Shown: in pieces, positions 63,235 to 64,000 of the stretch
Numbering within the stretch: the stretch's first letter is position 1
Layout: each line of letters starts with the position of its first letter
From: a virus
IMG/VR virus record: IMGVR_UViG_3300048999_000191
Strand: one strand, 5' to 3'
Length of the DNA: 64,000 nucleotides
Notes under the pieces: generated by a model
The model's database searches: none
The model's input: only the letters and a program-made list of their open reading frames with translations
What the model was told of the DNA's origin: nothing
Translations under genes and position numbers: made by a program

Positions 63235-64000
63235 TACTTCGGTCCCGTCGACTGCGGGGACGGACGTCCGGCCGCCGCCGAGTTGTCCAGGTTCACGTCG
63301 CCGCTCGTATTGACCTGGAACAGCCGCTGCGCCTCCGGGGAGAGCGAGAGCGTGATCGAACCGCCGCCGGTGTTCCCGCTTGCACTGTCGCTGCTGGTGC
63401 CCGCACCGATCTCGCTGGCCACCTTGTCGAAGTCCGAGCCCTGCCAGTCGTTCTTGTCGGAGGTGACTTGCGCGCCGGTGCTTCCGGCGATGTCCTTGAC
63501 CTGCCTGTTGTTCAGGTCCTTGTTGGACGAGACGATGGATGCCTGTCCCGACGAGAGCTGGTCGGAGAAGTTCCGGATCGCCTCGCCGAAAGTGACGGCC
63601 TTGTCGCCGTTCTTCGTCTTGACCTTGAACCGGATGTTCGGGTCGGTGCCGTACTCGGAGATCAGTTTCTCGATCACCGGGTCGGACTTGCCGGTGCCCT
63701 TGGTCAGCTCGTTGTAGTAGTCGGAGTTGACCTGGAGCGTGTAGCCCTGCTCGGTCTGGTCGCCATTGAATAGGTTCGACCACATGCCCGCGTCGGACTG
63801 CATGTCCTTGCCGCGCTTGTTCTGGTCCCAGGCGAACTGGCCGAAGCCCTTGCCGGTCGGATCTCCTGTCTGGTTCGGGTTCTTGATCTTGTCGCGCTCG
63901 CCCTGGCCGATGTTCTTCGGCGTCATCGAGTCCTTCAGGGCGGCGGCCTGGTTCCCGGGGTTGTTGCCCGCCACGTAGTTCACGATGTACTGCGCGATGG
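63234..64000 (-). CDS. C-terminus of probable tape measure protein (5' truncated)
   Basis: Frame open to the window edge; G/S/N-rich end with ITLSLSPEAQRLF; first gene before the baseplate block. Confidence 0.5.
   Translation of the reverse strand, partial: IAQYIVNYVAGNNPGNQAAALKDSMTPKNIGQGERDKIKNPNQTGDPTGKGFGQFAWDQNKRGKDMQSDAGMWSNLFNGDQTEQGYTLQVNSDYYNELTKGTGKSDPVIEKLISEYGTDPNIRFKVKTKNGDKAVTFGEAIRNFSDQLSSGQASIVSSNKDLNNRQVKDIAGSTGAQVTSDKNDWQGSDFDKVASEIGAGTSSDSASGNTGGGSITLSLSPEAQRLFQVNTSGDVNLDNSAAAGRPSPQSTGPK

Overview
This GC-rich 64 kb window is a continuous segment of a large actinobacterial tailed phage or prophage/phage-plasmid. The contractile-tail baseplate genes and gene content resemble Bxz1/E3-type actinophage myoviruses; WhiB and Lsr2 point to an actinomycete host. 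Most genes lie on the minus strand. From right to left: tail/baseplate module (tape-measure end, hub-NlpC/P60, gp25-like, baseplate J with an intein, wedge, tail fibre); a plus-strand replication island (HTH, initiator with internal iterons, DnaC-like loader, DinG); a lysis cassette (papain-like peptidase, DUF1906-like glycosidase, holin); a replisome/recombination block (SNF2 helicase, 5'-3' exonuclease, DnaB, primase, J-like protein, SSB, DnaE with intein, RecA, resolvases, Cas4-like nuclease with intein); a sigma-like regulator; terminase; a free-standing HNH; a GNAT/ADP-ribosyltransferase/nucleotidyltransferase fusion; and an early/accessory region (Lsr2, WhiB, RMF-like) whose promoters share a palindromic operator CTACCC-N4-GGGTAG and a 12-nt pre-start motif. 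At the left edge are the C-terminus of a TraB/FtsK-like winged-helix protein, a structured non-coding spacer and strand-biased short repeats. All assignments come from motif recognition by eye; no database searches were run.
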